64,000 nt of DNA from Bdellovibrionota bacterium (lineage in GTDB: Bacteria > Bdellovibrionota_C > UBA2361 > JBGSMV01). The stretch spans positions 3,972-67,971 of the forward strand of contig JBGSMV010000047.1 in assembly GCA_041739995.1 (NCBI GenBank). The letters run 5' to 3'. The notes below the pieces were generated by a model that made no database searches, was not told the origin of the DNA, and saw only the letters and a list, made by a program, of their open reading frames with translations. Shown one piece after another: positions 28,441 through 38,104 of this stretch (its first letter is position 1; each line of letters begins with the position of its first letter). The position numbers and the translations under genes were made by a program.

Positions 28441-30390
28441 ATGAGGAGTCCAGAACGTAAATTACTTTTAAGACTTGTCCTCATCACAGGCTTCCTGGCG
28501 TCCAGCGGACTTACTAGCTCCGCATATGCGGATTCCCACCCCAAGCTCCCACGAATAAGCCCCGACAGAGCCATTCTCTTTCATTCAAGCAACTCAAATA
28601 TCGCCGCAGCTCATCGGACAATGCGGTTCGACCGATATCCAGGCCTTGAACCTGAAGCACTAGGCCCACATGCCATCTTGGTACAACGACGTGAGGTTAC
28701 TCTAAACACCGCGGCAGCACGTGGCGCACTAAAGTCAATCCCTCTTTCGCGGCGACATAATCCCTGCCTTAAGGATCGGCGCATCAAGCGATTGGTCAAA
28801 AAGCATGGCCTCAACTGTGAACCGGACTTCATTGTTGAAGCTAGTCTGACTCCAAACGACGCCCTCTACTCAAGTTTGTGGGGCATGCAGGGTGCCTTCG
28901 GAATAGGAGCCCCAACGGCATGGAACGTAAGTAACGGCAGTGGGGTAACCGTCGCGGTCCTCGACACAGGCGTTGATAGAAACCACCCCGATCTTGCCGC
29001 TAACATGTGGATCAACACTGGCGAGATAGCATCAAACGGAATCGATGATGACGCAAACGGATACATCGATGACGTCAATGGTTGGGACTTCTATGACAAC
29101 GACAATGATCCCTCGGACATGCACGGACACGGCACCCACGTTTCAGGAACAATTGCGGGTACCGGCAATAATTCAATTGGCGTGATCGGTGCAGCGTACG
29201 GCGCAAAAATCATGGCACTTCGCTTCATTGGACCAGGTGGAGGACTCACCAGCCATGCTATCTTCGCCCTATACTATGCGATAGATAAGGGCATTCCCAT
29301 CTCAAATAATTCTTGGGGCGGTGCCGGATTTAGCTCTGCACTTCAAGCGGCGATTAGTGATGCGAGCACCTCGGGTATGTTGTTTGTTGCTGCGGCCGGG
29401 AATAATGGAACCAATAATGACTCGGTCCCATTCTACCCGGCGTCGTATACTTTACCTAATATCGTTTCAGTTGGATCTATCACCAGTACAGGAACGATTT
29501 CGAATTTCTCGAACTACGGTGCCACCTCTGTGGATCTCTTCGCACCAGGCAGCGGAATTTTGAGCAGCCTGCCATCAAACTCCTACGCTTCGTGGGATGG
29601 TACCTCAATGGCAAGTCCACACGTGGCGGGTGTAGCCGCCCAAATTCTTAGTGTAAATTCCGGCTTCTCCACCGCGCAGATAAAGGATGCGCTGTTGAAC
29701 AACAGCAGCTCGGATGCAACATACCTCGGAGCCTGTCTCACCTCGGGACGATTGAATGCTGCGACTGCGGTGCAGATTGCGAACACGCCAACACCGACAC
29801 CGACGCAATCACCCACCACTCCGCAACCGGGCGCCACGATAACACCCGCTCCTACTTCAACCCCAGTTCCCTCTTCTCCAACCCTTACGCCTACTCCCTT
29901 ACCACCCCCATCTCCCGAAGATGAAGACGAGCCGGACGCACCAGATGAACAAGAGTATGGTATCTTCGTTTCCTCCGGCGAGACCGAGAATGTCCTCGTT
30001 CCCGGAACGCCTGCAGAGCTCATAGTGTTGTCACAAACATCCCGCGAACGCGTAAGTCTGTTGCTGGAAAGAACGCTACCAGGTCAAGCTCAGGGCACTA
30101 AGGTTCGCTGCGCTCGAACAGGACGCTTTAGAACAAATACAGAAGACTCGGCCGCATTCCTGCGCACAAGAGTCAGCCCCCTGGCTCGATACCTCCCGGG
30201 GCTCTCTATCTCACTACTGAATGCCTCAAACCAAGCAGTCGCCAGTGTCGATTTACCAGTCGAGGGAAACATCGCCGACTTAGTAAGCTCTCGCCGAGCT
30301 CGAATCCTTGGCCAGCGCGCTTGTCAGAGTATTGCCGGCAACCTCCGCCTTCTTGGGGCCGCCCGCTCAAGATATAAGAAGGTCGCATAA
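28441..30390 (+). CDS. secreted subtilisin-like serine protease (S8) with Pro/Thr-rich linker and C-terminal domain
   Basis: Signal peptide plus the catalytic triad blocks VAVLDTGVD, HGTHVSGTIAG and GTSMASPHVAGVAA. A PT-rich linker (TPTPTPTQSPTTPQPGATITPAPTSTPVPSSPTLTPTP) is followed by a ~150-aa C-terminal domain. Confidence 0.7.
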   Translation: MRSPERKLLLRLVLITGFLASSGLTSSAYADSHPKLPRISPDRAILFHSSNSNIAAAHRTMRFDRYPGLEPEALGPHAILVQRREVTLNTAAARGALKSIPLSRRHNPCLKDRRIKRLVKKHGLNCEPDFIVEASLTPNDALYSSLWGMQGAFGIGAPTAWNVSNGSGVTVAVLDTGVDRNHPDLAANMWINTGEIASNGIDDDANGYIDDVNGWDFYDNDNDPSDMHGHGTHVSGTIAGTGNNSIGVIGAAYGAKIMALRFIGPGGGLTSHAIFALYYAIDKGIPISNNSWGGAGFSSALQAAISDASTSGMLFVAAAGNNGTNNDSVPFYPASYTLPNIVSVGSITSTGTISNFSNYGATSVDLFAPGSGILSSLPSNSYASWDGTSMASPHVAGVAAQILSVNSGFSTAQIKDALLNNSSSDATYLGACLTSGRLNAATAVQIANTPTPTPTQSPTTPQPGATITPAPTSTPVPSSPTLTPTPLPPPSPEDEDEPDAPDEQEYGIFVSSGETENVLVPGTPAELIVLSQTSRERVSLLLERTLPGQAQGTKVRCARTGRFRTNTEDSAAFLRTRVSPLARYLPGLSISLLNASNQAVASVDLPVEGNIADLVSSRRARILGQRACQSIAGNLRLLGAARSRYKKVA

Positions 30391-30610
30391 CTTAGGCGTC
30401 TTATATCCACCAAGCAGACGCGAGGCCTAAGCCACAAACCATGTGTAACATGAAGTAAGACAGGAAAATGGCCGCCCAAAACAGCAGCTCTGCGCCATTT
30501 TTCAAGAAGCCAAAAATATGTTCGTGAGTGCCCGCTCAGCTTCAAACTCGCTTAGGTTAGGTCACGCACTATACCTCCCAATCTTTCCCAATACAGGCTA
30601 GTTTATTGGG

Positions 30611-31552
30611 GTGTTGAGCCCGATTACCTTTTCTCTCTTTTCTGACCCCACTGCACGCATCGTTATCTTGGGATGTGGCGTTCTTGGCGCCTGCGCCGGA
30701 GCGCTTGGCTGTTTTGCCATTCTGCGCAGACGAGCACTGGTCAGCGATGCTGTCGCCCACGCCGCTTTGCCCGGTGTGTGCGTTTCGTACCTCATCTTTG
30801 GCGAGAGAAACCTACCCGCGCTAATTTTGGGAGCCTTCGTCTTCGGACTGCTGGCCGCGGGATCTATTGCACTCGTACAGCGTTACTCACGCATCAAAGA
30901 CGACGCTGCTACCGCACTAGCAATCGGTGGATTTTTTGGCTTGGGCATCGTGCTTTCACGGATCATTCAGAACAGCCCCACAGGAAATCGCGCAGGCCTT
31001 GATGGGTTTATTTTCGGTAAAGCGGCCAGCTTAGTCTGGAGTGATGTCGTTTCGATTTCCATTCTTGCCATTTGCATTCTGGGCACTTTAGCTTTGTTCT
31101 TCAAAGAATTCTCTGCGGTGTGTTTTGATCGAGGCTTTTGCGCCAGCCTTGGTTGGTCGGTGTTACTTTATGAACTTCTACTAGTAGTGCTCGTCACGGC
31201 CTGTGCCGTAGTAGCATTACCTGCAACCGGCGCAGTCTTGATTGTCGCTTTGTTAATCATCCCCGGCATCACCGCCCGATTTTGGACCGACTCACTGCTA
31301 CGCATGGTGCTGCTGGGCGGATTGATCGGATTCTCCAGTGCAGTGCTCGGTACGATTGTGAGTGCAACGGTGCCACCTCCTGGATCTGATGGACGCGGTG
31401 GCTGGCCGACAGGTCCGATGATTACTCTGGTCGCTTCCGCGCTCTTTTTCCTTTCGTTGTTTTTCTCCCCTCGCCGCGGGGTAGTAGCTGATTGGATAAG
31501 AACCAGACGCATGCGCAAGCTGCTAGCCAAACAACTCCCTGAGGTTCTATGA
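30611..31552 (+). CDS. metal ABC transporter permease (ABC-3 family, ZnuB/MntC-like)
   Basis: About 8 TM helices with the conserved DAVAHAALPGV motif. GTG start. Confidence 0.65.
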   Translation: MLSPITFSLFSDPTARIVILGCGVLGACAGALGCFAILRRRALVSDAVAHAALPGVCVSYLIFGERNLPALILGAFVFGLLAAGSIALVQRYSRIKDDAATALAIGGFFGLGIVLSRIIQNSPTGNRAGLDGFIFGKAASLVWSDVVSISILAICILGTLALFFKEFSAVCFDRGFCASLGWSVLLYELLLVVLVTACAVVALPATGAVLIVALLIIPGITARFWTDSLLRMVLLGGLIGFSSAVLGTIVSATVPPPGSDGRGGWPTGPMITLVASALFFLSLFFSPRRGVVADWIRTRRMRKLLAKQLPEVL

Positions 31553-32904
31553 GCAGCTTCGCCCAAAACCTCTCGACACTTAGCACGCTACTCACGGAAG
31601 ATGATTGGTGGAATATGACCACTGGCGTGGTGTGCGCGGTATCTTGTGCTATTCCGGGGTGTTTTCTTTTACTTCGCAGACTCTCTTTACTTGGAGATGC
31701 GCTTTCGCACTCGATTCTTCCCGGCATTGCACTCGCCTTCATCATTACTGGTTCTCGCAACATTAGCTTCATGCTCTTTGGAGCCCTGCTTGCGGCGATG
31801 ATAACTGTATTCATTTCAAGAAACATTCAAGTCTGGGGACGCATTCCTGAAGACTCGGCTCTAGGAGTGGCGTTTACTTCACTCTTCGCGCTCGGGGTAG
31901 TTTTGCTAAGCGGTGCTGCCAGACATGTCGACATAGATCCAGGCTGCGTGCTTTACGGATCGCTTGAGTTTGTCTCCTTTGATCGCATAGACCTCATGGG
32001 TTTCGAAATTCCACGTGTGCTCGTGAGCTTACTGGTGATACTCACGATTTCTATCGTTGCAATCACCACATTCTTCAAGGAGCTGACGCTCGTCTCCTTT
32101 GATCCAACACTCGCCAAGACGTTGGGCTTTCTTCCTTCAATCATCAGCACCGTCTTCTTGCTGCTTGTCTCGAGCGTGATTGTCGCTTCATTCGAAGCAG
32201 TTGGTTCCATTCTGGTAGTCACCATGCTGGTAGCACCTGCGGCAACTGCGCACTTGCTGACTGACAGACTCGTACCACTCCTGCTCTTCGCCGCATTTCA
32301 AGCGGTAATTTCCGCAATTCTTGGGTATCTAGGCGCGGTGATGTTGAACACATCGGTCGCCGGCATGATAAGCGTGGTTTCCTGCGTTCTGTTTCTTGGT
32401 GCCTTATGTCTATCCCCTCGCTATGGGTTTGTCTCGCGCTTAGTTCGACGATGCTTGCTGCTGGTTCGCATTGCAAAGGAAGATATTCTTGGAATCATTT
32501 TCAAAATTGAAGAGCGCCTAGGAAAGTCTCAACCCGTTTCCTCCAAAACTCTATCCGATCTGCTCCGAGATGAAGGGGCGAGCGTCCTGCGGACTTTCGC
32601 TCGCTATCAGCTCCTCTCCTCGGGTTTACTCAAAGAAGAATCTCGCGGACACTTCAGTCTATCTCCGTCTGGACGAGCCTTCGCCCAAAGCATCGTTCGT
32701 GGTCATCGGCTTTGGGAGACCTACCTTGAACAGTTTCTTAACCTTCCAAGTGACCATGTACATGCTCCTTCTCACCTAGTTGAGCATTATCTTTCTCCCC
32801 CTTTACAGAGCATGATCGCGCGTCAAGTAAAGACGTCTCAAGATCCTCATGGCTCGATTATCCCAAAAGAACCCATTCCGAAAAAGGATAACGCAGATGA
32901 CTAG
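31549..32904 (+). CDS. metal ABC transporter permease (ABC-3) fused to a C-terminal DtxR/MntR-family metalloregulator domain
   Basis: The N-terminal ~290 aa are a second ABC-3 permease ([12 protein letters not shown]). The C-terminal ~150 aa align to the DtxR HTH plus metal-binding/dimerisation region ([14 protein letters not shown]...[45 protein letters not shown] versus DtxR ...[22 protein letters not shown]...VHDEADRWEHVMS). The start overlaps the upstream stop. Confidence 0.55.
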   Translation: MSSFAQNLSTLSTLLTEDDWWNMTTGVVCAVSCAIPGCFLLLRRLSLLGDALSHSILPGIALAFIITGSRNISFMLFGALLAAMITVFISRNIQVWGRIPEDSALGVAFTSLFALGVVLLSGAARHVDIDPGCVLYGSLEFVSFDRIDLMGFEIPRVLVSLLVILTISIVAITTFFKELTLVSFDPTLAKTLGFLPSIISTVFLLLVSSVIVASFEAVGSILVVTMLVAPAATAHLLTDRLVPLLLFAAFQAVISAILGYLGAVMLNTSVAGMISVVSCVLFLGALCLSPRYGFVSRLVRRCLLLVRIAKEDILGIIFKIEERLGKSQPVSSKTLSDLLRDEGASVLRTFARYQLLSSGLLKEESRGHFSLSPSGRAFAQSIVRGHRLWETYLEQFLNLPSDHVHAPSHLVEHYLSPPLQSMIARQVKTSQDPHGSIIPKEPIPKKDNADD

Positions 32905-33271
32905 CGCCTCTATTTCACCAGAGTTGGCCGAGAAGGTTCATCGCCTTAATATCGCCGGCATTCAACGCCACATTTTTCTTTGTGCAGATCAGAGCAGTCC
33001 AAAATGCTGTGCTAAGGAAGCTGGCATCGCCGCATGGGAGTTCTTAAAGTCGCGCATCTCTGAGCTACAACTGGACGCTAAGGTATTTAGAACCAAGGCG
33101 AACTGCTTACGCCTCTGCCGCAGCGGCCCAATCGCGGTCGTATATCCAGACGGGGTGTGGTACCATTCCTGCTCACCTGAGGTGCTTGAGCGAATTATTA
33201 ACGAGCACCTGATTGAAGGGAAAATCGTCGAAGAGTTCCTTTTATCTCGCTCAGAATGTGGGGATCCTTGA
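32897..33271 (+). CDS. thioredoxin-like [2Fe-2S] ferredoxin (NuoE-like fold)
   Basis: Cys pattern HIFLC-x8-CC ... NCLRLC, which is C..C...C-x3-C as in NuoE/Fd4-type ferredoxins. The ATG overlaps the permease stop. Confidence 0.5.
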   Translation: MTSASISPELAEKVHRLNIAGIQRHIFLCADQSSPKCCAKEAGIAAWEFLKSRISELQLDAKVFRTKANCLRLCRSGPIAVVYPDGVWYHSCSPEVLERIINEHLIEGKIVEEFLLSRSECGDP

Positions 33272-33425
33272 ATTGACCTGCTCAAATCGCTAGTGTTTTG
33301 GCCTGGACTGTCGAGCCGAGCTGGGGCCTCATTGAGCTATCAAACTACTAACTAGGCAGACAAAAAATTAGGCACTCCTCAAGGCGAGTAATTCTCAAGA
33401 ACAATCAACCAAACCGGAGACAATT

Positions 33426-33956
33426 ATGGCTATCAATAAAACTAATTCCAATGTGACGTTCAAGGGCGACAAACTCTCACTCGAGGGTCCCGCACTGAAG
33501 GAAGGCACTCCGATGCCAACCTTTACCCTCACCGCACAAGACATGTCCGACCTTTCCAGTGAGAGCCTGAAAGGAAGCGCTCTTTTGATCTCAGTGGTTC
33601 CCAGCCTTGATACTCCAGTGTGTAATGTTCAAACAAAACACTTTAATGACGAAGCTTCAAAATTTGGCTCGGCGGCTCGACTACTTACGGTCAGCCTGGA
33701 TTTACCGTTCGCCCAAAAGCGCTGGTGCGGCGCCGAAGGAGTCACACACTCCATTACCGGATCGGACTTTAAGCATCGCTCGTTCGGTACGACCTTTGGA
33801 TGTTTCATTAAGGAATGGGGCCTACTAGGAAGAGCGATTTTTGTGGTGAACGGAAAAGGGATCATCACCTATTGCGAGTATGTTGCTGAACTCAGCACCG
33901 AACCAAACTACGAAGAGGCCCTCAAGGCTTTGAGTGCTGCGATAGAAACGAAATAA
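33426..33956 (+). CDS. tpx: thiol peroxidase (atypical 2-Cys peroxiredoxin)
   Basis: Tpx signature SVVPSLDTPVC with peroxidatic Cys, a resolving-Cys region, and a length of 176 aa. Confidence 0.75.
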   Translation: MAINKTNSNVTFKGDKLSLEGPALKEGTPMPTFTLTAQDMSDLSSESLKGSALLISVVPSLDTPVCNVQTKHFNDEASKFGSAARLLTVSLDLPFAQKRWCGAEGVTHSITGSDFKHRSFGTTFGCFIKEWGLLGRAIFVVNGKGIITYCEYVAELSTEPNYEEALKALSAAIETK

Positions 33957-33974
33957 CTTTTGGATAGGTAGTGT

Positions 33975-34772
33975 ATGCGCCTGCTTCACATAGTCGCTGA
34001 CTATGCCCCAGGAGATCTCGCGTTCTCCGAGATGATATCTGCTCTCGCCAAGCATTTGCCTGACGATTTCCGTTGGCATTACACAGCGGTGAAGAGTTTT
34101 GACACCATCGCCACTGGATTTGTGGTGGCGCAGCTTGGGCTTCAGAAGGAGTCGTTGCGTGCTCCAAAAACCTATCTCTATGTGAACTGCGCTCCTCGGA
34201 AGGACCGCAAAGAGGCCCGCCCACAGAACGAAGGCGAGGGGCTCTTGTACGTTCGCTTTGCGACCGGAGTGGAAGGGGTTGTGGTAAATAGCGGTTATTC
34301 TCTCTCTTTCGCTCGAGATGGAATCACGGAGTTATCTACTCTCAATATCGAACGTGGCGGCTCACAGTTCCGTTCACGAGACATCTTTCCACCTGCGGTT
34401 GGATTTGTGGCCAACAAGGACTACAGCATCTGTGGCGCAAAGCTTACACCTGCAGAAGTAATCCCCGACGCCCCTGTCGGGGTAGTCGGATATGTCGACT
34501 CTTTCGGCAATCTTAAAACCACCTACCGCGAGGGAGATAAGATTGTAGGCGCCCTAAAGCCTGGCCAGCGTGTTCGGGTAGCCATTAATGGGGTTGAACG
34601 AACTGCGAGCGTGGCTTCTGGTAGTTTCAACGTGGATGAGGGCGATATTGCCTTCGCCCCAGGGAGTAGCGGCCATGAGCGTCGCTTCTGGGAGATATTT
34701 CAACGTGGCGGCTCAGCCTCAGAAACCTTTGGAAACCCGAGGGTCGGCAGCGAAATCCAACTTCTCGACTAA
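33975..34772 (+). CDS. SAM hydroxide adenosyltransferase-family protein (DUF62) with a divergent N-terminus
   Basis: FRSRDIFPPAVGF matches the family FHGRDIFxPAxA block, YVDSFGNL matches IDxFGN, and the C-terminal APGSSGH resembles LPGSHDY. The N-terminal TDFG motif is replaced by ADYAPGD. Confidence 0.5.
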   Translation: MRLLHIVADYAPGDLAFSEMISALAKHLPDDFRWHYTAVKSFDTIATGFVVAQLGLQKESLRAPKTYLYVNCAPRKDRKEARPQNEGEGLLYVRFATGVEGVVVNSGYSLSFARDGITELSTLNIERGGSQFRSRDIFPPAVGFVANKDYSICGAKLTPAEVIPDAPVGVVGYVDSFGNLKTTYREGDKIVGALKPGQRVRVAINGVERTASVASGSFNVDEGDIAFAPGSSGHERRFWEIFQRGGSASETFGNPRVGSEIQLLD

Positions 34773-34866
34773 CCTGCTCCAAAAGTTAAACAAGGGAATC
34801 TCGTCAATCTCATACGGCTTCTAATCGGGTATTGTCTGCGCGGCACGTTCTATTTAGCGTGACGGG

Positions 34867-35556
34867 GTGGGATCAAATCAAATGCTTAAAACATCTCTCT
34901 TTTTGAAGAACGGTCTAAGAAAACGATGCCTAGGCACGTTATTTTTGCTCGCTTCGCACTGCTTGCTCGCCTCCTCTACCGTGGTTGCTGAAGAGTCCTC
35001 GCCCCCTAACCCAACTCAAGAAGTATCAGAGGTCGCCAGCCCAGCCACGGCCAAACCCGCTCCAAAGCCAGTCGCAAAATCCGCGCCCACCAACGGAAAG
35101 AAGCGCCAGAGACCGCTGGTTGGTTGGATTGAGCAAATCGCTCTCACTCGTGGCTCTATCATCTTAAATGCAAAACTTGATACGGGTGCAGATTATTCAT
35201 CCCTCCACGCCCACGACATTCAAGAGTTTGAAAAAGACGGCGAGGTGTGGGTTAGATTTGATGTTACCGACAGAGTCGGACGCAGCTTTCCAGTTGAACA
35301 AAGAGTCATTCGCACTTCGTCCATCAAGCGTATGGGCGGCAAACATCAGCGCCGAAATGTAATACGAATGGGAATCTGTCTGGGAAATACTTATCTCAGA
35401 TCCGATATCAACCTTGTGGATCGATCTGACTTCAAACTTCAGATGCTACTTGGCAGAAACTTCCTGGCGGGCACTGTCGCCATCGATCCTGCCATTTCCT
35501 TTACTACCGAGCCCGATTGCGAGCTATCTTGGACTGCTGCCGACTCACAAAAATAA
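34867..35556 (+). CDS. secreted clan-AA (retropepsin-like) aspartic protease, RimK-associated type
   Basis: Signal peptide, Pro-rich linker, then LDTGADYSSLHA (DTGA active-site motif) and a second-half GRNFLAG motif. It is the first gene of a three-gene coupled unit. Confidence 0.55.
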   Translation: MGSNQMLKTSLFLKNGLRKRCLGTLFLLASHCLLASSTVVAEESSPPNPTQEVSEVASPATAKPAPKPVAKSAPTNGKKRQRPLVGWIEQIALTRGSIILNAKLDTGADYSSLHAHDIQEFEKDGEVWVRFDVTDRVGRSFPVEQRVIRTSSIKRMGGKHQRRNVIRMGICLGNTYLRSDINLVDRSDFKLQMLLGRNFLAGTVAIDPAISFTTEPDCELSWTAADSQK

Positions 35557-35558
35557 CT

Positions 35559-37085
35559 ATGAAAAATTCAAGAGTGTTTGTTGCCGCTGCGCTACTCATA
35601 GCCTCGGGTTTGGGAATTTTCTTCTATAAGATTTTTTCACTGGGGTTTCCCGTCACTCCGGACACCACCGCGAACATTTGGAATGTAGAGGCAAGCGTCT
35701 CATTTTCGACTCAAGGCAAGTCTGCAAAGGTTTCTTCGTTCATTCCGAAGAGTACCAGTCGGTTTTCGATTCTTGATGAAAGTTTCATTTCGCGAGGATT
35801 CGGACTTTCTACCGTTACCCGCGACTCAAATCGAGCTGCTGAGTGGTCTATTAGACGAGTCTCTGGAAAACAGACGCTTTTCTATCACGCGGTGGTGCGA
35901 GAGCTTGAGCGCTCTAACTCCACGGTCACTACTAAGCCGCCTCTTGTGGAAGATCCTCAATTTGAAGGCGCAGAATTAGAAGCTGCCAAGACGATTCTTT
36001 CAGAGTCCAAGGCCCAGTCTGCTGATGTCCTAAGTCAAGTCCGCGAAGTTTTGCAGCGAGTTCAGGCCAAAGATCGCGATGATGCAACCTCGCTGCTGCT
36101 TGGGCCTAAACCGTCTGAGCTCGACAAACTCTCCCTCGCGTCTAAGGTACTCGCACTAGATCGAATCGTGCTCAGAATCGTCCACGGCATTCAATTAATC
36201 GACAATCGAAGGAACGTGCCGCTCATTCGTTGGCTAGAAGTTCATACTGGCGGTACCTGGGTTTCGCTCGACAGTTTTGGAAACCCTTCGAAAGATCTGG
36301 AACTCACGCTCCCTTGGTGGCGCGGCACTGAAGCGATTGGATATATTTCCGGAGGATCGCGGCTCGGCATTCAGATTGCAGTCAGCCGTCACGAAGAAAG
36401 CGCAGTGACTGCGATATTGGATAGCGGTCAATCTTCAAAACCATTTCTGCTCGAATTCTCCCTGTTTTCACTGCCGCTTCAAACCCAGGGCGTATTTCGT
36501 ATCATGCTGCTTGTTCCACTGGGTGGTTTCTTAATAGTACTTCTCAGAAATGTGGTGGGACTTCCGACTTTTGGGACCTTCATGCCAGTGCTGGTTGCGC
36601 TTTCCTTTCGAGAAACAGACATTCTGATGGGCTGCATATTCTTCTCACTCGTAGTCGCCATAGGTCTGGTGGTGCGATTCTGGCTTGAGAAGTTGAAGCT
36701 ACTGCTCGTTCCTCGACTAGCGGCGGTCTTAACCTTCGTGGTTCTACTACTGGCTATAGTCGCAATCGCCGCCCACAAGTTTGGCGTCGAACATGGCCTT
36801 TCGATTGCGCTATTTCCGATGGTCATTCTCACGATGACGATCGAACGTATGTCGATTGTATGGGACGAGCTCGGTGCCAGTGACGCGCTCAAACAAGGCT
36901 TCGGCAGTCTATTTGCAGCCGTACTTGCTACCTTTGTATTTACTTACGAGCCGGTTGAGCATCTGATTTTTGTGTTTCCCGAACTCCTCTTGATCGTTGC
37001 CGCGCTCTGTCTCTTGCTTGGACGATACAGTGGTTACCGATTAACTGAACTTCGTCGCTTTAGGGCTTTTGCGGAGAAACCATGA
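35559..37085 (+). CDS. membrane protein with periplasmic inactive-transglutaminase-like domain and C-terminal 7TM bundle
   Basis: N-terminal anchor, a ~300-aa extracytoplasmic region, then seven hydrophobic helices (FRIMLLVPLGGFLIVLL ... LLLIVAALCLLLG). It starts 3 nt after the protease stop, and its own stop overlaps the next gene (ATGA). Confidence 0.5.
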   Translation: MKNSRVFVAAALLIASGLGIFFYKIFSLGFPVTPDTTANIWNVEASVSFSTQGKSAKVSSFIPKSTSRFSILDESFISRGFGLSTVTRDSNRAAEWSIRRVSGKQTLFYHAVVRELERSNSTVTTKPPLVEDPQFEGAELEAAKTILSESKAQSADVLSQVREVLQRVQAKDRDDATSLLLGPKPSELDKLSLASKVLALDRIVLRIVHGIQLIDNRRNVPLIRWLEVHTGGTWVSLDSFGNPSKDLELTLPWWRGTEAIGYISGGSRLGIQIAVSRHEESAVTAILDSGQSSKPFLLEFSLFSLPLQTQGVFRIMLLVPLGGFLIVLLRNVVGLPTFGTFMPVLVALSFRETDILMGCIFFSLVVAIGLVVRFWLEKLKLLLVPRLAAVLTFVVLLLAIVAIAAHKFGVEHGLSIALFPMVILTMTIERMSIVWDELGASDALKQGFGSLFAAVLATFVFTYEPVEHLIFVFPELLLIVAALCLLLGRYSGYRLTELRRFRAFAEKP

Positions 37086-38020
37086 GATTCGCCTGGCCCT
37101 GGGAACTCGCAGCGAAAGGCGTGGTGGGAATAAACCAGCGCAATGCTGATTTCGTCCTGCCCTTCAACGACCGAGAAAGATATCCCCTCGTCGATGACAA
37201 ACTACGTACCAAAACGCTGGCCCTGGAGCACGGGATAGCAGCTCCTGAACTCTATGCGCTAATCGAGAGCAATCATCAGGTCAGCTCACTTCGATCTCGC
37301 ATTGGAGACATTCAAAGTTTTGTCATTAAGCCCGCCGGCGGCAGTGGTGGACAAGGTATTCTAGTCTTTACTGCGGCGACCAAAGATCGATTTCGTACCA
37401 TCCATGGCCCCATGCTTCCGTTGGAGCAACTTGAACACCATGTCTTGAATATCCTTACCGGGATGTTCAGTTTGGGTGGACAGCCTGACAAGGCGATAAT
37501 TGAGTACCGAGTAGAATCTGACCCTGTCTTTGAACCGGTTTCTTATCGTGGCGTTCCTGACGTGCGCATCATTCTCTTTCTTGGCGTTCCTATCATGGCG
37601 ATGTTGCGGCTCCCTACTAGCACCTCAGAAGGGAAGGCCAACCTGCACCAAGGCGCGATTGGTGCCGGCGTCTCTATGCGTGATGGCAAAACTACAACTG
37701 CGGTGTCCGGAGGTGTCATCGTTTCTGAACACCCAGACACCGGACATAGTATTATTGGGCTGCAAATTCCTCACTGGGAGAGACTGCTCGATATTGCGGT
37801 GCAGTGTTCGGACTTAGCGCAACTTGGTTATATCGGGGTTGATCTCGTTATCGATAAGGACAAAGGGCCACTTCTACTCGAGATGAATGCTCGACCAGGG
37901 CTCGCTATTCAACTTGCCAATCGAAGCGGTCTTGAATCACGTATTCGCAAGGTGCAAAGCTTTCGAAAGGACCTTTCGGATCGCGATTCACGAGTTGCCT
38001 TCGCGATAGCTTCCTTCTAG
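37082..38020 (+). CDS. alpha-L-glutamate ligase-like ATP-grasp protein (RimK-related)
   Basis: ATP-grasp blocks (FVIKPAGGSGGQGIL, GVDLVIDKDKGPLLLEMNARPG) and an overall match to RimK-related ligases. Its stop TAG lies inside the CTAG end of the MITE copy at 38017. Confidence 0.6.
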   Translation: MRFAWPWELAAKGVVGINQRNADFVLPFNDRERYPLVDDKLRTKTLALEHGIAAPELYALIESNHQVSSLRSRIGDIQSFVIKPAGGSGGQGILVFTAATKDRFRTIHGPMLPLEQLEHHVLNILTGMFSLGGQPDKAIIEYRVESDPVFEPVSYRGVPDVRIILFLGVPIMAMLRLPTSTSEGKANLHQGAIGAGVSMRDGKTTTAVSGGVIVSEHPDTGHSIIGLQIPHWERLLDIAVQCSDLAQLGYIGVDLVIDKDKGPLLLEMNARPGLAIQLANRSGLESRIRKVQSFRKDLSDRDSRVAFAIASF

Positions 38021-38076
38021 GAGTCTGTGACACAGGCACATGGTGAGTGAAGGCGAACCTTATCACAGACCCCTCG
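38017..38076. repeat. MITE-like element, copy C (severely truncated: left TIR plus short core plus degenerate right end)
   Basis: ctaggagtctgtgacacagg is identical to the copy-B left TIR. cacatggtgagtgaaggcgaacc matches the copy-B core (cacatgtgagcgaaggcggacc), and the element ends in tatcacagacccctcg. Confidence 0.5.
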
Positions 38077-38104
38077 CCTACAGCGCCACATGCTCACCTG
38101 TGGC

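Noticed and set aside
29583-30023. 146-aa Gly/Val-rich ORF on the - strand.
   Set aside because: It is antisense to the PT-rich linker of the subtilisin gene; the low-complexity mirror image produces an open frame.
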